Below are positions 45,057 through 57,109 of a DNA stretch of 64,000 nucleotides, piece by piece. Numbering within the stretch: position 1 is the first letter of the stretch; every line of letters begins with the position of its first letter. The stretch comes from Mobula hypostoma (Eukaryota), in contig NC_086098.1 of assembly GCF_963921235.1 (NCBI RefSeq), positions 6,014,001 through 6,078,000 on the forward strand. Direction: 5' to 3'. A model generated the notes under the pieces. The model was not told the origin of the DNA and did not search any database. It saw only the letters and a program-made list of their open reading frames with translations. The position numbers were made by a program, and so were the translations under genes.

Positions 45057-48000
45057 AGACACTAGACACTAGACACCAGATTACTACAGCACAGTACAGG
45101 CCCTTTGGCCCACCCATATATTCTTTAAAAAAAAGTACTAAACCCACATTATCCCATAGCCCTCTATTTTTCTTTCATCCATGTGCCTGTCCAAGAGGTT
45201 CTTAAATTCCCCTGTTTCAGCCTCCACCACCATCCCTGGCAAGTCATTCCAGGCACCCACAACCCTCTGTGTAAAAAACTTATCCCTGATTTCTCCCCTA
45301 AACTTCCCTCCCTTAATTTTGTACATATGCCCTCTGGTGTTTGCTATTCGTGCCCTGGGATACAGGTACTGGCTATACACCCGATCTATGCCTCTCATAA
45401 TCTTGTAGACCTCTATCAAGTCCTTTCTCATCCTTCTACGCTCCAAAGAGAAAAGTCCCAGCTCTGCTAACCTTGTCTCATAAGACTTGTTTTCCAATCC
45501 AGGCAACATCCTGGTAAATCTCCTCTGCACCCTCTCCATAGCTTCCACATCTTTACAATATTTCTTGCATTGAAGTATATGCAGCTCAGGACACTAGTCG
45601 CACCAAGCTCAACTTTTTGATTTGTGACTTTGTCTAAGGTCTTACCAACATCTGTCTCCACAACCTCTCCACTGACTGCTCTGGCACTCTAGTTCCCAGC
45701 CCCCACAACACTAGAGAGTTTTATTTGGGTTTTTAGCGCTGGAAATAGTTACATTCGGACATGCGGGACAGAAGCACGGTCGCATTGTGTATTCCAGGGA
45801 CCAGCTGTTTGCGCTAATGCCGGCTGGTTTAGTGAGCAGAGCGGCGGACACTCCTGCTGAAACCTGGAGGAAAACATACAAAGGATGCAGACGGGGATCA
45901 CAAAGTCGAGGAAAGAGGACCGGGTAGAGACAACAGAGACTTACGGAGAAGGGGAGTTCAGTGGGTAATAAAATGGACGAGTTCATGGCGCTAGCCAGGC
46001 ATCAGAGAACATTTTGGGAGTGCGGTGTTATGTGTTTCACTGGAATGGGGCTGCACAAGGACATACCCAATCAAAACTTCTCCATGGACGGCTTCCAGAC
46101 CGTTCCAGATGACCGGAAGTGCACTGAGAGCGGTAAGTGTAAAGGAGTTGGGATCTTACTGTTCTGGCTAACAACAGATGGTGCAATCCGGGTCATATTA
46201 CGATCAAGGAACGTGTTTGTAGACCAGATATTGAACTTTTTACTGTTGGACTTCGGCCACAGTCCACCGAGATACAACACTGGGCAGCAAGGAAGGTCGT
46301 TCCTGCCTGTGGCCATCGAACTTGCAGCTCCTCCTGTGGAGGGTCAGACACCCTGAGCCAATAGACTGGTCCTGGACTTATTTTCCATCTGGCATAGTTT
46401 GCTTTTTGTTGTTTGATTGTTTGTAGTTTTTGTATTGGTATATTTACGCTCTATTCTTGGTTGGTGCGGCTGTAATGAAACTCAATTTCCCTCGGGATCA
46501 ATAAAGTATATCTATCTATTTATCTATCTATCTATAATGAGGTGACCAGAACTGAACACAATACTCCAAGTGTGGTCTCACCAGAGATTTGTAGAGTTGC
46601 AACATGACCTCTGTACTCTTGAACTCAATCTCCCTATTAATGAAGCCTAGCATCCCATAGGCATTCTTAACTATCCTATCAACCTGTGCAGCGACCTTGA
46701 GGGATGTATGGATTTGAACCCCAAGGTCCTTCTGTTCATCCACACTCGTAAGTAACTGACCATTAACTCTGTACTCAGACTTCTGCTTTGTCCTTCCAAA
46801 ATGCATCACCCCACACTTATCCGGATTGAACTCCATCTGCCACTTTTCTGCATCCTGTCTATATCCTCTTGTAACCTTCAACAACCTACAGCTCCATCCA
46901 CAACTCCTCCAATCTTCATGTCATCCACAAACTTACTCACCCATCCTTCTGCCTCTTCATCCAGGTCATTTATAAAAATCACAACGAGCAGGGGTCCCAG
47001 GACAGATCCTTGCGGCACTCCACTAGGCACCGACCTCCAGGTAGAATACTTCCCTTCCACTACCACCCTCTGCTTTCTTCCTGTCAGCCAATTTTTTATC
47101 CAAACAGCCAAGGTTCCACTGATCCCATGCTTCATGACTTTCTGGATGAGTCTCTCGTGGCAGACCTTGTCAAATGCCTTGCTAAAATCCATGTAGACCA
47201 CATCTACTGGCCCACCCTCATCAATTTATTTTGTTACCTCTTCAAAACACTCAATTAGGCTTTTGATGCATGAGCTTTCCTTCACAAAGCCATGTTGACT
47301 ATTCTTGAATAGACTGTACTCCTAATGCTCATAGATCCTATCCTTAAGAATCCTTTCCAATTGTTTGCAGACCACCGACGTAAGACTCACCGGTCTATAG
47401 TTCCCAGGATTCTCCTTATTACCTGTTTTAAACAAGGGAACTACATTTGCCATTCTCCAATCCTCCAGCACCTCCCCTGCAGCCAAAGAGGATTCAAAGA
47501 TCATAGCTACTGCTCCAGCGATCTCTTCTCTCACTTCCCACAGCAACCTGGGGTATATCACATCCGGCCCTAGGGACTTATCAATCTTGATGTTTTTAAG
47601 AAGATCCAACATTCCTTCCTCCTTAATCTCCACATTGTCCTGCACACAGGCCTGTTCTATTTCGACTGATTTCTATCAAGGTCCTTTTCACTTGTGAATA
47701 CTGAAGGAAAGTATTCATTTAGGACCTCCCCAACCTCCTTCACCTCCAGGCACATGTTGCCTTCTTTATCTTTTAGCAGCCCCACCTTCATTCTTGTCAT
47801 CCTTCTGTTCTTCACATATGCATAGAACGCCTTGGGGTTCTCCTTAATCCTACATGCTAAGGCCTTCTCGTGCCCCCTTCGAGCTCTCCTAAGTCCTTTC
47901 TTAAGCTCCTTCCTGGCTACCCTAAATTTCTCATGAGCCCCTCCTGCTTCCTGCTTCTTATATCTAACATATGCTCCCTTCTTCCTCTTGACAAGTTGCC

Positions 48001-49523
48001 TCACATGTTTCGTCAGCCACAGTTCCCTTTTCCTACCATTTTTCCCTTGTCTCAGTGGGACAAACCTATCCTGAACCCAGCAAAAGTGATCCCTAAACTT
48101 CCTCCACATTACTTCTGTGCTTTCACCCTTGAACATCTGTTTCCAATTTACTCTCGCTAGTTCCTGCCTCATCCCTTCATAGTTAGCCCTTCCCCAGTTA
48201 AGCACTTTCCCATTTTGTCTGTTTTGATCCTTTTCCATAGCTATGCTGAAGCTAAGGGAGTCGTGGTCACTCTCACCAAAATGCTCCCCCACCAAGAGGT
48301 CTGCCACCTGACCAGGTTCATTACCCAGAACTCGACCCAGTATGGCCTCTCCTCTCGTCGGCTGGTCCACACACTGTGTCAGGAATCCTTCTTGAACACA
48401 CCTGACAAATTCAGCCCCATCTATCCTCCTTGCAGTCAGGAGGTGCCAGTCAATATGAGGGAAGTTGAAATCACCCATAACTACAACCCTGTATTTCCTG
48501 CACCATTCTAAAATCTGTCTGCTTATCTGCTCCTTAGTGTCCTGAGGGCTATTTGGGGGCCTACAGACTACTCCCAGCACAGTGATTGATCCCTTCCTAT
48601 TTCTGACTTCCAACCACACCGACTCAGTGGACACTCCCTCTGCAGTGTCCTCCCTTTCTATAGCCGTGATACTATCCCTGACCAGTAATGCTACTCCCCC
48701 CCCCACTTTTCTACCCCCCATCTTATTCATTTTAAAACACCTCAACTCCGGTACCTGCATCAGCCAATCCTGCCCTTCCCCCAGCCAAGTTTCAGTAATG
48801 GCCACAACATCATAGTTCCACGTACTGATCCATGCTCTAAATTCATTCCCTTTATTCCCAATACTCCTAGCGTTGAAATAGACACATATTAACCCCTCTA
48901 ACTGGCTACATTTATGTTTTGTCCCCTGCCTGTCCTTCCTCACCAACTCAGAACACATAACATCATGGCCTTGTCCTTCTACCCTGATCTCTGCACTCAC
49001 ATTCTGATTCCCACCCCACCGCCAAACTAGTTTAAACCCTCCCCAACAGCTTTAGCAAACCTGCCACAAGGATATCGGTCTCTTTCCAGTTCAGGTGCAG
49101 CCCGTCCTTTTTGTACAGGTCAGACCTTCCCCAGAAGAGATCCCAATGATCCAGAAATCTGAACCCCTGCCCCCTGCACCAACTCTTCAGCCACACATTC
49201 ATCTGCCATAACTTCCTGTTCCTACCCTCTCTGTCTCGTGGCACAGGCAGCAATCCCAAGATTACCACCCTTGAGGTCCTGCTTTTTAACTTCTTTCCTA
49301 ACTCCCACTGTTCCTTCTTCAGGACCTCATCCCTACTCCTATCTATGTCATTGGTCCCCACGTGGATGACGACATCTGGCTGCTCACCCTCTCTCCTGAG
49401 AATACTGAGAACTCGATCCGAGATATCGCGGACCCTGGCACCAGGGAGGCAACAGACCATCCAGGATTCTCGATCTCTTCCACAGAACCTCTTATCTGTC
49501 CCCCCAACTATCAAATCCCCATT
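45057..49523 (-). mobile_element. CR1 LINE (ORF1 esterase end, ORF2, 3' UTR) nested in the older CR1 and split at 45552-46528
   Basis: ORFs 47657..49000 (EN), 47322..47645, 46878..47201, 46528..46884 (..WSPHYR) continuing as KDVEAMER in 45138..45548; (GTCTAGT)n tail. Confidence 0.88.
45715..46531 (+). mobile_element. Internally deleted Rex1/Babar-like LINE (5' end + EN start fused to 3' end)
   Basis: GNKMDEFMALARHQR..CGVMCFT jumps at ~46260 to RSFLPVAI; tail GGGATCAATAAAG-(TATC)n. Confidence 0.75.
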
Positions 49524-50862
49524 GAAAGAATGATCCAAAAATCTTGTGCCCTCCCGCCTACACCAACTCCTTAGCCATGTATTAAACTGTATAATCTTCC
49601 TATTTCTGGCCTCACTGGCATGTGGCACAGGTAGCAATCCTGAGATCACAACCCTGAAGATCTTTCCCTTTAACTTAGCACCCAACTCCTTAAACTCGCA
49701 ATGTAGAACCCCATCACTCATTGTAACCACGTCTTTGGTACCTACATGTACCACAGCCTCTGGTTGTTCACCCTCCTACTTGAGAATGCTGAAGACTCGA
49801 TCCAAAATGCCCTAGACACTGGCACCTGGGAGGCAACATACCATCCGGGAATCTCGTTCTTGCCCACAGAACCTCCTGTCTGTTTCCCTAACTAGTGAAT
49901 CTCCTATCACCACTGGACGCCTCTTCTTCCTGCTTCCCTTCTGTGTCACAGAGCCAGACTCAGTGCCAGAAACCCGACCGCTGTAACTTTCCTCTGTTAT
50001 GTCAACCCTCCTAACGGTATCCAAAGTGATGAATCTCTTGTTGAGGGGTATGACTGCAGCGGTACTCCTTAACCCCTTTCCCCTTCCTGACTGTTACCCA
50101 GTTTCCTGTGTCCTGCACCTCTGGTCTAACTACCACTCTATATGTCCTATCTATCATCCCTTTAGCCTCCTGACTGATCCCGAGTTCATCTAGTTCCTGC
50201 TCCAATCCCTTAACACGGTTTGTTAGAAGCTGAAGCTGGATGCACTTCTCACAGTTGTGGTCACCGTGGACACTGGAGTTTTCCCTGCCTCCCCACATCC
50301 CACAAGAGGAGTATTCAACTGTCTTGCCTAGCATCTGTACTGTCCTAACTGAGTAGATTTAAAGAAGGGAAGAAAAAAAATTAACCTCAAACTCTTCTTA
50401 ACTTTCTTTAAGTGATAATAGACAATAGACAATAGGTGCAGGAGTAGGCCATTCGGCCCTTCGAGCCAGCACCGCCACTCACTGTGATCATGGCTGATCA
50501 TCCACTATCAGTATCCAGTTCCTGCCTTATCTCCATATCCCTTGACTCCACTATCTTTAAGAGCTCTACCTAACTCTTCCACTGAATCGTCGAAGGTCTA
50601 AGGCCTCAATATCACCACTCTGACTCTGCTCAGACAAAGCCTGCAGAAATTGCCCCACCTCCCTGCACCGTGCTCTTGCTAATCAATCTCAAACGCCGAA
50701 TGGTTGCTGGCCAGAGCTCAGTTAACCTGCTGTGATCCGCCGATGCACTTTTTTATTTGGTCAGTGGATCTGAATAAAATCCCCTCCTCTCATATTTTTG
50801 ATGTCCAGATTGGTCACTGACCGCAATCTGCCGATGTCTTCTCTTTGACAAACTTCTATGCA

Positions 50863-51410
50863 TGTGTGGTGGAGATTGTACTAACTGGCTGTATCACAGC
50901 CTGGTGTGTGGTGGAGATTGTACTGACTGGCTGTATCACAGCCTGGTGTGCAGTTGACATTGTACTGAATGGCTGTATCACGGCCTGGTGTGTGGTGGAG
51001 ATTGTACTGACTGGCTGTATCACGGCCTGGTGTGTGGTGGAGATTGTACTGACTGGCTGTATCACGGCCTGGTGTGTGGTGGAGATTGTACTGACTGGCT
51101 GTATCACGGCCTGGTGTGTGGTGGAGATTGTACTGACTGGCTGTACCACGGCCTGGTGTGTGGTGTGGAGATTGTACTGACTGGCTGTATCACAGCCTGG
51201 TGTGTGGTGGAGATTGTACTGACTGGCTGTATCACGGCCTGGTGTGTGGTGGAGATTGTACTGACTGGCTGTATCACGGCCTGGTGTGTGGTGGAGATTG
51301 TACTGACTGGCTGTATCACGGCCTGGTGTGCAGTTGACATTGTACTGAATGGCTGTATCACGGCCTGGTGTGTGGTGGAGATTGTACTGACTGGCTGTAT
51401 CACAGTCTGG
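50863..51410 (+). repeat. 42-bp minisatellite (13 units) inside a Rex1-like fragment (50840-51500)
   Basis: Unit TGTGTGGTGGAGATTGTACTGACTGGCTGTATCACGGCCTGG, head-to-tail with no spacers. Confidence 0.95.
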
Positions 51411-51653
51411 TGTGGAAACACCAATGCCCTTGAATGGAAAATCTTACGAAAAGTAGTGAATACGGCCTAGTCCTTCACAAGTAAAGCTTCCGCACATATA
51501 CATAAAACGCTGGATTAATTCCTCATTCGAATAACTATTAGAAACTAATACCCAGTTTTATAGTACTGTAATAGTATTGTTAGTGATTTACTTTGTTCTG
51601 CACTGAATTTAAATATGTCTGTTACTCAGTTAAATAGTAGTTTGCCTTTTTCA

Positions 51654-51920
51654 TACAATACTGTGTAAAAGTCTCAGGCACATGTAAAAAATTCTGTAAA
51701 GCAAAGATGCTTTCAAAAATAATGAAATGAAAAGTGTCTCAATATCAAAAAAATACTATAAAGAATAGTTAATAGTAGAAAGCTAAATCAAATCAATATT
51801 TGGTCTGATCACCCTTTGCCTTTAAAGCTGCATCAATTCCCTTAGATAAATTGTCATGCAGTTTTATAAGGTTTTTCCAAGCAACTTGGAGGACTTGCCA
51901 TAGTATTTCTGCAGACTGGC
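51654..51920 (+). mobile_element. Tc1/mariner-like terminal remnant
   Basis: TA-CAATACTGTGTAAAAGTCTCAGGCAC resembles a Tc1-type terminal inverted repeat start. Confidence 0.45.
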
Positions 51921-52059
51921 CAAAATATGCTGTTCCTGATCACAATCATCTGGAATACCTCACATTTATTATTCTGATTCCCTTATCAGATTGGAATTTG
52001 GAGAGCTAGCTGGCATTTCTTCATCAGAATCTAACACATTAAAGAATATACTTTCATTA

Positions 52060-52595
52060 CCAATGTGAGTGTTTTACTTATTTCGAGATACAGTGGAACA
52101 GGCTCTTTAGACCAAATTGCCACACCACCCAGCGACCCACCAATTTAACACTATCCTAATCGCATGACAATTTCTTTTTCTTGGGCCTTTAGCTCCCAGT
52201 AGAGCATAGGCCATTGATGACCTCTCATTTCCGTCATCCAAAGTCAAGAGTCTGGTTAGATTTCATCAATGTTTCTGTAATCCATTTTAATCACCGTATA
52301 GGGGATTGGCCTATACAGCTTTACTAGAGTCCTATTGGTCAGCCTTACCCACTTTCACCTCTCACAACGGAGACATAGGGCTGGACTTCGAAAGGCAATT
52401 ACAGGACAATTTACGATGACCAATTTACCTATTAACCAGCACATCTATGGACTGTGGGAGGAAACTGGAGCACCCAGAGGAAACCCACTCACCCATGGAG
52501 AGAATGTCCAAACTTCTTGCAGAACTCTGAGCTCTGAACTCTGACGCCCCAAGTTGTAATAATGTTGCGCTGACCACTACACTCCTGTGGCACTC
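52060..52595 (-). mobile_element. V-SINE-like element with an internal ~220-bp insertion
   Basis: GTGGGAGGAAACTGGAGCACCCAGAGGAAACCCA is the reverse complement of a V-domain-like motif; GACAATTT recurs around 52175-52400. Confidence 0.55.
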
Positions 52596-53294
52596 ACAGT
52601 TTTATCAAACTCTTAGACGAGAATGGCAAATTGCCAGGGAATAATGGATAAACGCCTTCAAGACGGCCACTGTTGATCAGGATTAAATGGAAATTTTAGA
52701 CCACGTTCTACAAAGATGTTTTGATGTGTCCCTAAGTCACAACTCCAAGCCACATGACTCTACATGCAAGCTCATCAAAAAGTTGGCATTATGGCTATTA
52801 AAGTTAATCTAGTAAATCTCACGTAACAGCTTGCTGCCTTTCAGCATAAGTCATAGATCTGGGGAGTATTTCATTATTGCAAATGGGAACACCTGTCAAT
52901 AACTGTCTCACCTTCATCTGCTTCTGTGAATTGCAATAGAACCTAACAGCTGTACAGTTGTAGCAGCCCATCTACAACAATCAGAAGGTAATCATATCCA
53001 TCCCAAATCTAATGTCTGCAGGCGACAGATTTTCAACCACTGACAGACTGCCAGCCATACAAGAAGACTGCCACATCAGCCACCTGTCTGTGACTGCCAG
53101 CTTTTTCAATAGCACTCTGCGTGTCATTGTGCATCTCACTCACTTTCATCTATCACGTCATGTATATCTATATCCAAAATTAAAATGTCGGCACATCTGT
53201 TCCCTTGCTCCCCTGTATTCTGTTCTTTTCCAGCATTGTTCAGCTGTAAGGATATTTTTATTCATATTTCTGATGAAATGTTCAGATGTGACAT

Positions 53295-53805
53295 GTTCAA
53301 AGTTCAAAGTAAATTTATTATCAAAGTGTATATATATGTCACCATATACAACCCTGAGATTCATTTTCTTGCAGGCATACTCAATAAGTCCATAATAAAA
53401 TAATAACAATAGTAGAATCAAAGAAAGATTGCACCAACTTGTGTGTTCGACCAGTGTGGAAAAGACCACAAACCACAAATACAAAAAGAAAGAAATAGTA
53501 ATAAATAAATAAGCAATAACGATTAAGAACATGAGATGAAGAGTCATTGAAAGAAAGTCTATAGGTTATGAGAACAGTTCAATACTGGGGTTGAGTGAAG
53601 TTGAGTGATGTTATCCCCTCTGGTTGAAGAGCCTGATGGTTGAGGGGTAATAACTGTTCCTAAACTGGTGGTGTGACTCCTGAGGCTCTTTCTGATGAAG
53701 AGAGCATGGCCTGGACGGTGGAGGTCCTTGATGATGGATGCTGCTTTCCTGTGGCAATGCTCCTTGTAGATGCTCTGAATGGTGAGGAGGGCTTTACCCA
53801 TGATT
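53295..53805 (-). mobile_element. Rex1/Babar-like 3' end
   Basis: ORF 53559..53801 (RKAASIIKDLHRPGHALF); tail AATAAATTTACTTTGAACTTTGAA. Confidence 0.72.
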
Positions 53806-54799
53806 CACTTCAGGACTAACTAATCTGTCTAATACTTCAGCTCACTGTCCGGGACAGTGCTTCCGAAGGGACACCAGCAGTCTGCTGCCAATACTGGCAC
53901 TATTTCACATTCAGAATTTTGATTTCCAGTAGTCACGTTCAATTTAACTTCCCTTGTTCTCTGAAAAGGAAGGTTTCTCTACATAACGTTTTAATTAAAG
54001 CATAGCCTAACAAGTCATCCACTCATTAAAAATCCAAGGAACTTTGGGGTCATTATTATGTTGTTTATTAGTCTTAATGTTGTTTCTGGGCTGAGGGACA
54101 GTGCCTCGTTAATCTATAATTGTGTTTAGATAACCAATTATTCCTCCTGTGCACAAATCCAGGGAGTTTAACTATTAGTGCTACTGATAAATTCCCCCTG
54201 TGTTTTACATAGCTTCGCCAAGAGCAGCTTCCATCATCTCTTGGATATAATTGGTGAAAGTCATCAGAAGCACTTTGATTCGAGAATGTAATTTGTTTTC
54301 TCTTTCATTAGATACCATTCCAAATTATAGGATTCTAAGAGAGAATTATTCATACCTGCTTTGTATTTTGATGGATGATAGTTGTTTCCTTTTCATAAAT
54401 TTCCCGTTTGAAAACCTAATTTGCAGTGGTAGAGAGATCTCGGGGGGACAATCTAATTAAGTTTTCAACTGCAGATCTGTGAGGCCTGTAGCAGGAGATC
54501 AAAGAAAATCAGGCTACAAACAAAGTGGTAAGAGCTCTTCAGCATCTGGGACTGCAAGTTGGATGACTGAGGTAATATAATGGTTTCTTCCCTCTTTAAG
54601 GGAGATTGATGGACAGAACCATTAAGTTCACTCAGTACCCACTTATTAGGGAGCTCCTGTGTGTAATCAAGTAGCCACTGAGTGTATATTTATGGTCTTC
54701 TGCTGCTGTAGCCCATCCACTTCAAGGTTCAACATATGTTTTCGGAGATGCTCTTCTGCACACCACTGTTGTAATGTGGCTTCAGCTAGTATGTAAAAA

Positions 54800-56910
54800 G
54801 TCATAGAAAACTACTGCACAGAGACAGGCCCTTCAGTCCATCTAATCCATGCTATACCATTTAAACCACCTACCCCCATCGACCAGCATGTGGACCAGGA
54901 CCCTGACATCCAAACCTATCCAAACTTCTCAAACATTTGAAACTGAGCACGCACCAGTTGTGCTGGCAGCTCATTTCACACTCTCATGCCATCTGGGTGA
55001 AGGAGTTTCCTCTCATGTTTCCCTTAAACATTTCACCTTTCACCTTTTACCCATGACGTCTAGTTGTAGTCCCAACCAACCTCAGTGGAAAAAGTCTGCT
55101 TGTATTTAATCTATCTATGCCCCTCATAATTTCATAATCCACTATCAGATCTTGCCTCAATCTTCCATATTTCAAGGAATAAAGTCCTAACCTATTCAAT
55201 CTTTCCTTGTAACTTCGTAACGACAACATCCTTGTTAATTTTCTCTCTACTCTTTCAACCTTATCTCCATCTTTCCTGTAGTTAGGAGACCAAAGCTACA
55301 GACAATACTCAAAAGTAGGTCTCGCCGATGTCCTTTACAACTTCAACATAACATCCCATCTCCTGTATAAAGGCTAATGTGCCAAAAACTTTATATACGA
55401 CTCTATAATCATATAACCATATAACTATTACAGCACGGAAACAGGCCATCTCGGCCCTTCTAGTCCGTGCCGAACTCTTACTCTCAGCTAGTCCCACCGA
55501 CCTGCACTCAGCCCATAACCCTCCCTTCCTTTCCTGTCCATATAGCTATCCAAATTAACTTTAAGCAACAACATCGAACCTGTCTCAACCACTTCTGCTG
55601 GAAGCTCGTTCCACACAGCTACCACTCTCTGAGTAAAGAAGTTCCCCCTCATGTTACCCCTAAACTTTTGTCCTTTAACTCTCAACTCATGTCCTCTTGT
55701 TTGAATCTCCCCCACTCTCAATGGAAAAAGCCTATCCACGTCAACTCTATCTATCCCCCTCATAATTTTAAATACCTTTATCATGTCCCCTCTCTACCTT
55801 CTACGTTCCAAAGAATAAAGACCTAACTTGTTCAACCTTTCTCTGTAATTTAGGAGATGAAACCCAGGCAACATTTTAGTAAATCTCCTCTGTCTCAATA
55901 TTATTGCCATCTTTCCTATAATTCTATCTACCCATGCTGCTACTTTCAAAGAATTATGAACCTGTACTCCCAGATCCATCTGTTCTGCAACACCCCTCAG
56001 TGCCCTACTGTTCACTGAGTATACACCAACCCTGGCTGGTCCTCCAGGCAGCCATCTACTACCATTCCCTGGCTTCACCCACAAAGCCAATGTCTAATCC
56101 AATTTACTACCTCGTCATGAATGCCAGTCTTTCCGATCATGGTACTTATTTGTCAATTCAAATGATATCATCTAGAAACATTTAGGGGTCTGTGGGAACA
56201 AACAGTTAGATTGATCTTAAGTAGGTTATGATGTTGGTACAACATTGTGGGTCAAACTTATTCATTAACTATTCTAGCTAAAATTAATTGGTCTTGGTTT
56301 TCAGACATCTTGGCGAATTTAGTACATCTCCAGGGATGCCTACACATTTCTACAGATGTATCATAGAATAGTACAGCACAGTACAGGCCCTTCGGCCCAC
56401 AATGTTGCGCTGACCCTCAAATCCTGCCTCCCATATAATCCCCCACCTTAAATTCCTCCATATACCTGTCCAGTAGTCTCTTAAACTTCACTAGTGTATC
56501 TGCCTCCACCACTGACTCAGGCAGTGCATTCCATGCACCAACCACTCTCTGAATAAAAAACCTTCCTCTAATATCCCCCTTGAACTTCCCACCCCTTACC
56601 TTAAAGCCACATCCTCTTGTATTGAGCGGTGGTGCCCTGGGGAAGAGGCGCTGGCTATCCACTCTATCTATTCCTCTTAATATCGTGTACACCTCTATCA
56701 TGTCTGCTCTCATCCTCCTTCTCTCCAAAGAGTAAAGCCCCTAGCTCCCTTAATCTCTGATCATAATGCATACTCTCTAAACCAGGCAGCATCCTGGTAA
56801 ATCTCCTCTGTACCCTTTCCAATGCTTCCACATCCTTCCTATAGTGAGGTGACCAGAACTGGACACAGTACTCCAAGTGTGGCCTAACCAGAGTTTTACA
56901 GAGTTGCATC
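54800..56910 (-). mobile_element. Stack of at least three CR1 3' fragments
   Basis: ORFs 55047..55229, 55488..55784, 56417..56728 and 56664..56921; separate 3' UTRs at ~54800, ~55405 and ~56360. Confidence 0.82.
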
Positions 56911-57109
56911 CTAGGGTGCATTCTAACTCTTTATATCACCATCTGTTATGGAGGAGCCACTGCACAGGGTCAGATAAAGCTGCAGAAGGTTATAACTTCA
57001 GCCAGCTTCATCATGGGCACTAGCCTCCCCACCATTGAGGACATCTTCAAAAGGCAATCCCTCAAAGAGGCAGTGTCCAACATGAAGGACCTTCAACATC
57101 CCTCTTCCC

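Larger units (their letters stand above)
43160..50400 (-). mobile_element. Older CR1 (ORF1 zinc finger + esterase, ORF2 EN) hosting nested insertions
   Basis: ORF1 50011..50334 (CEKCIQLQLL), 49812..50024; esterase breaks at RFLDHSF (~49524) and resumes FQGAWDLYRRDGLHLN at 45056; EN start YFNARN at ~44810. Confidence 0.8.

Noticed and set aside
50863..51410. CRISPR-like array or Cys-rich repeat protein
   Set aside because: Units are contiguous with no unique spacers, there are no cas genes, and the unit derives from LINE RT sequence
54212..54287. Possible AG..GT-bounded exon in unique sequence
   Set aside because: One frame is open, but the peptide is unrecognisable and the donor weak; needs RNA-seq or homology evidence
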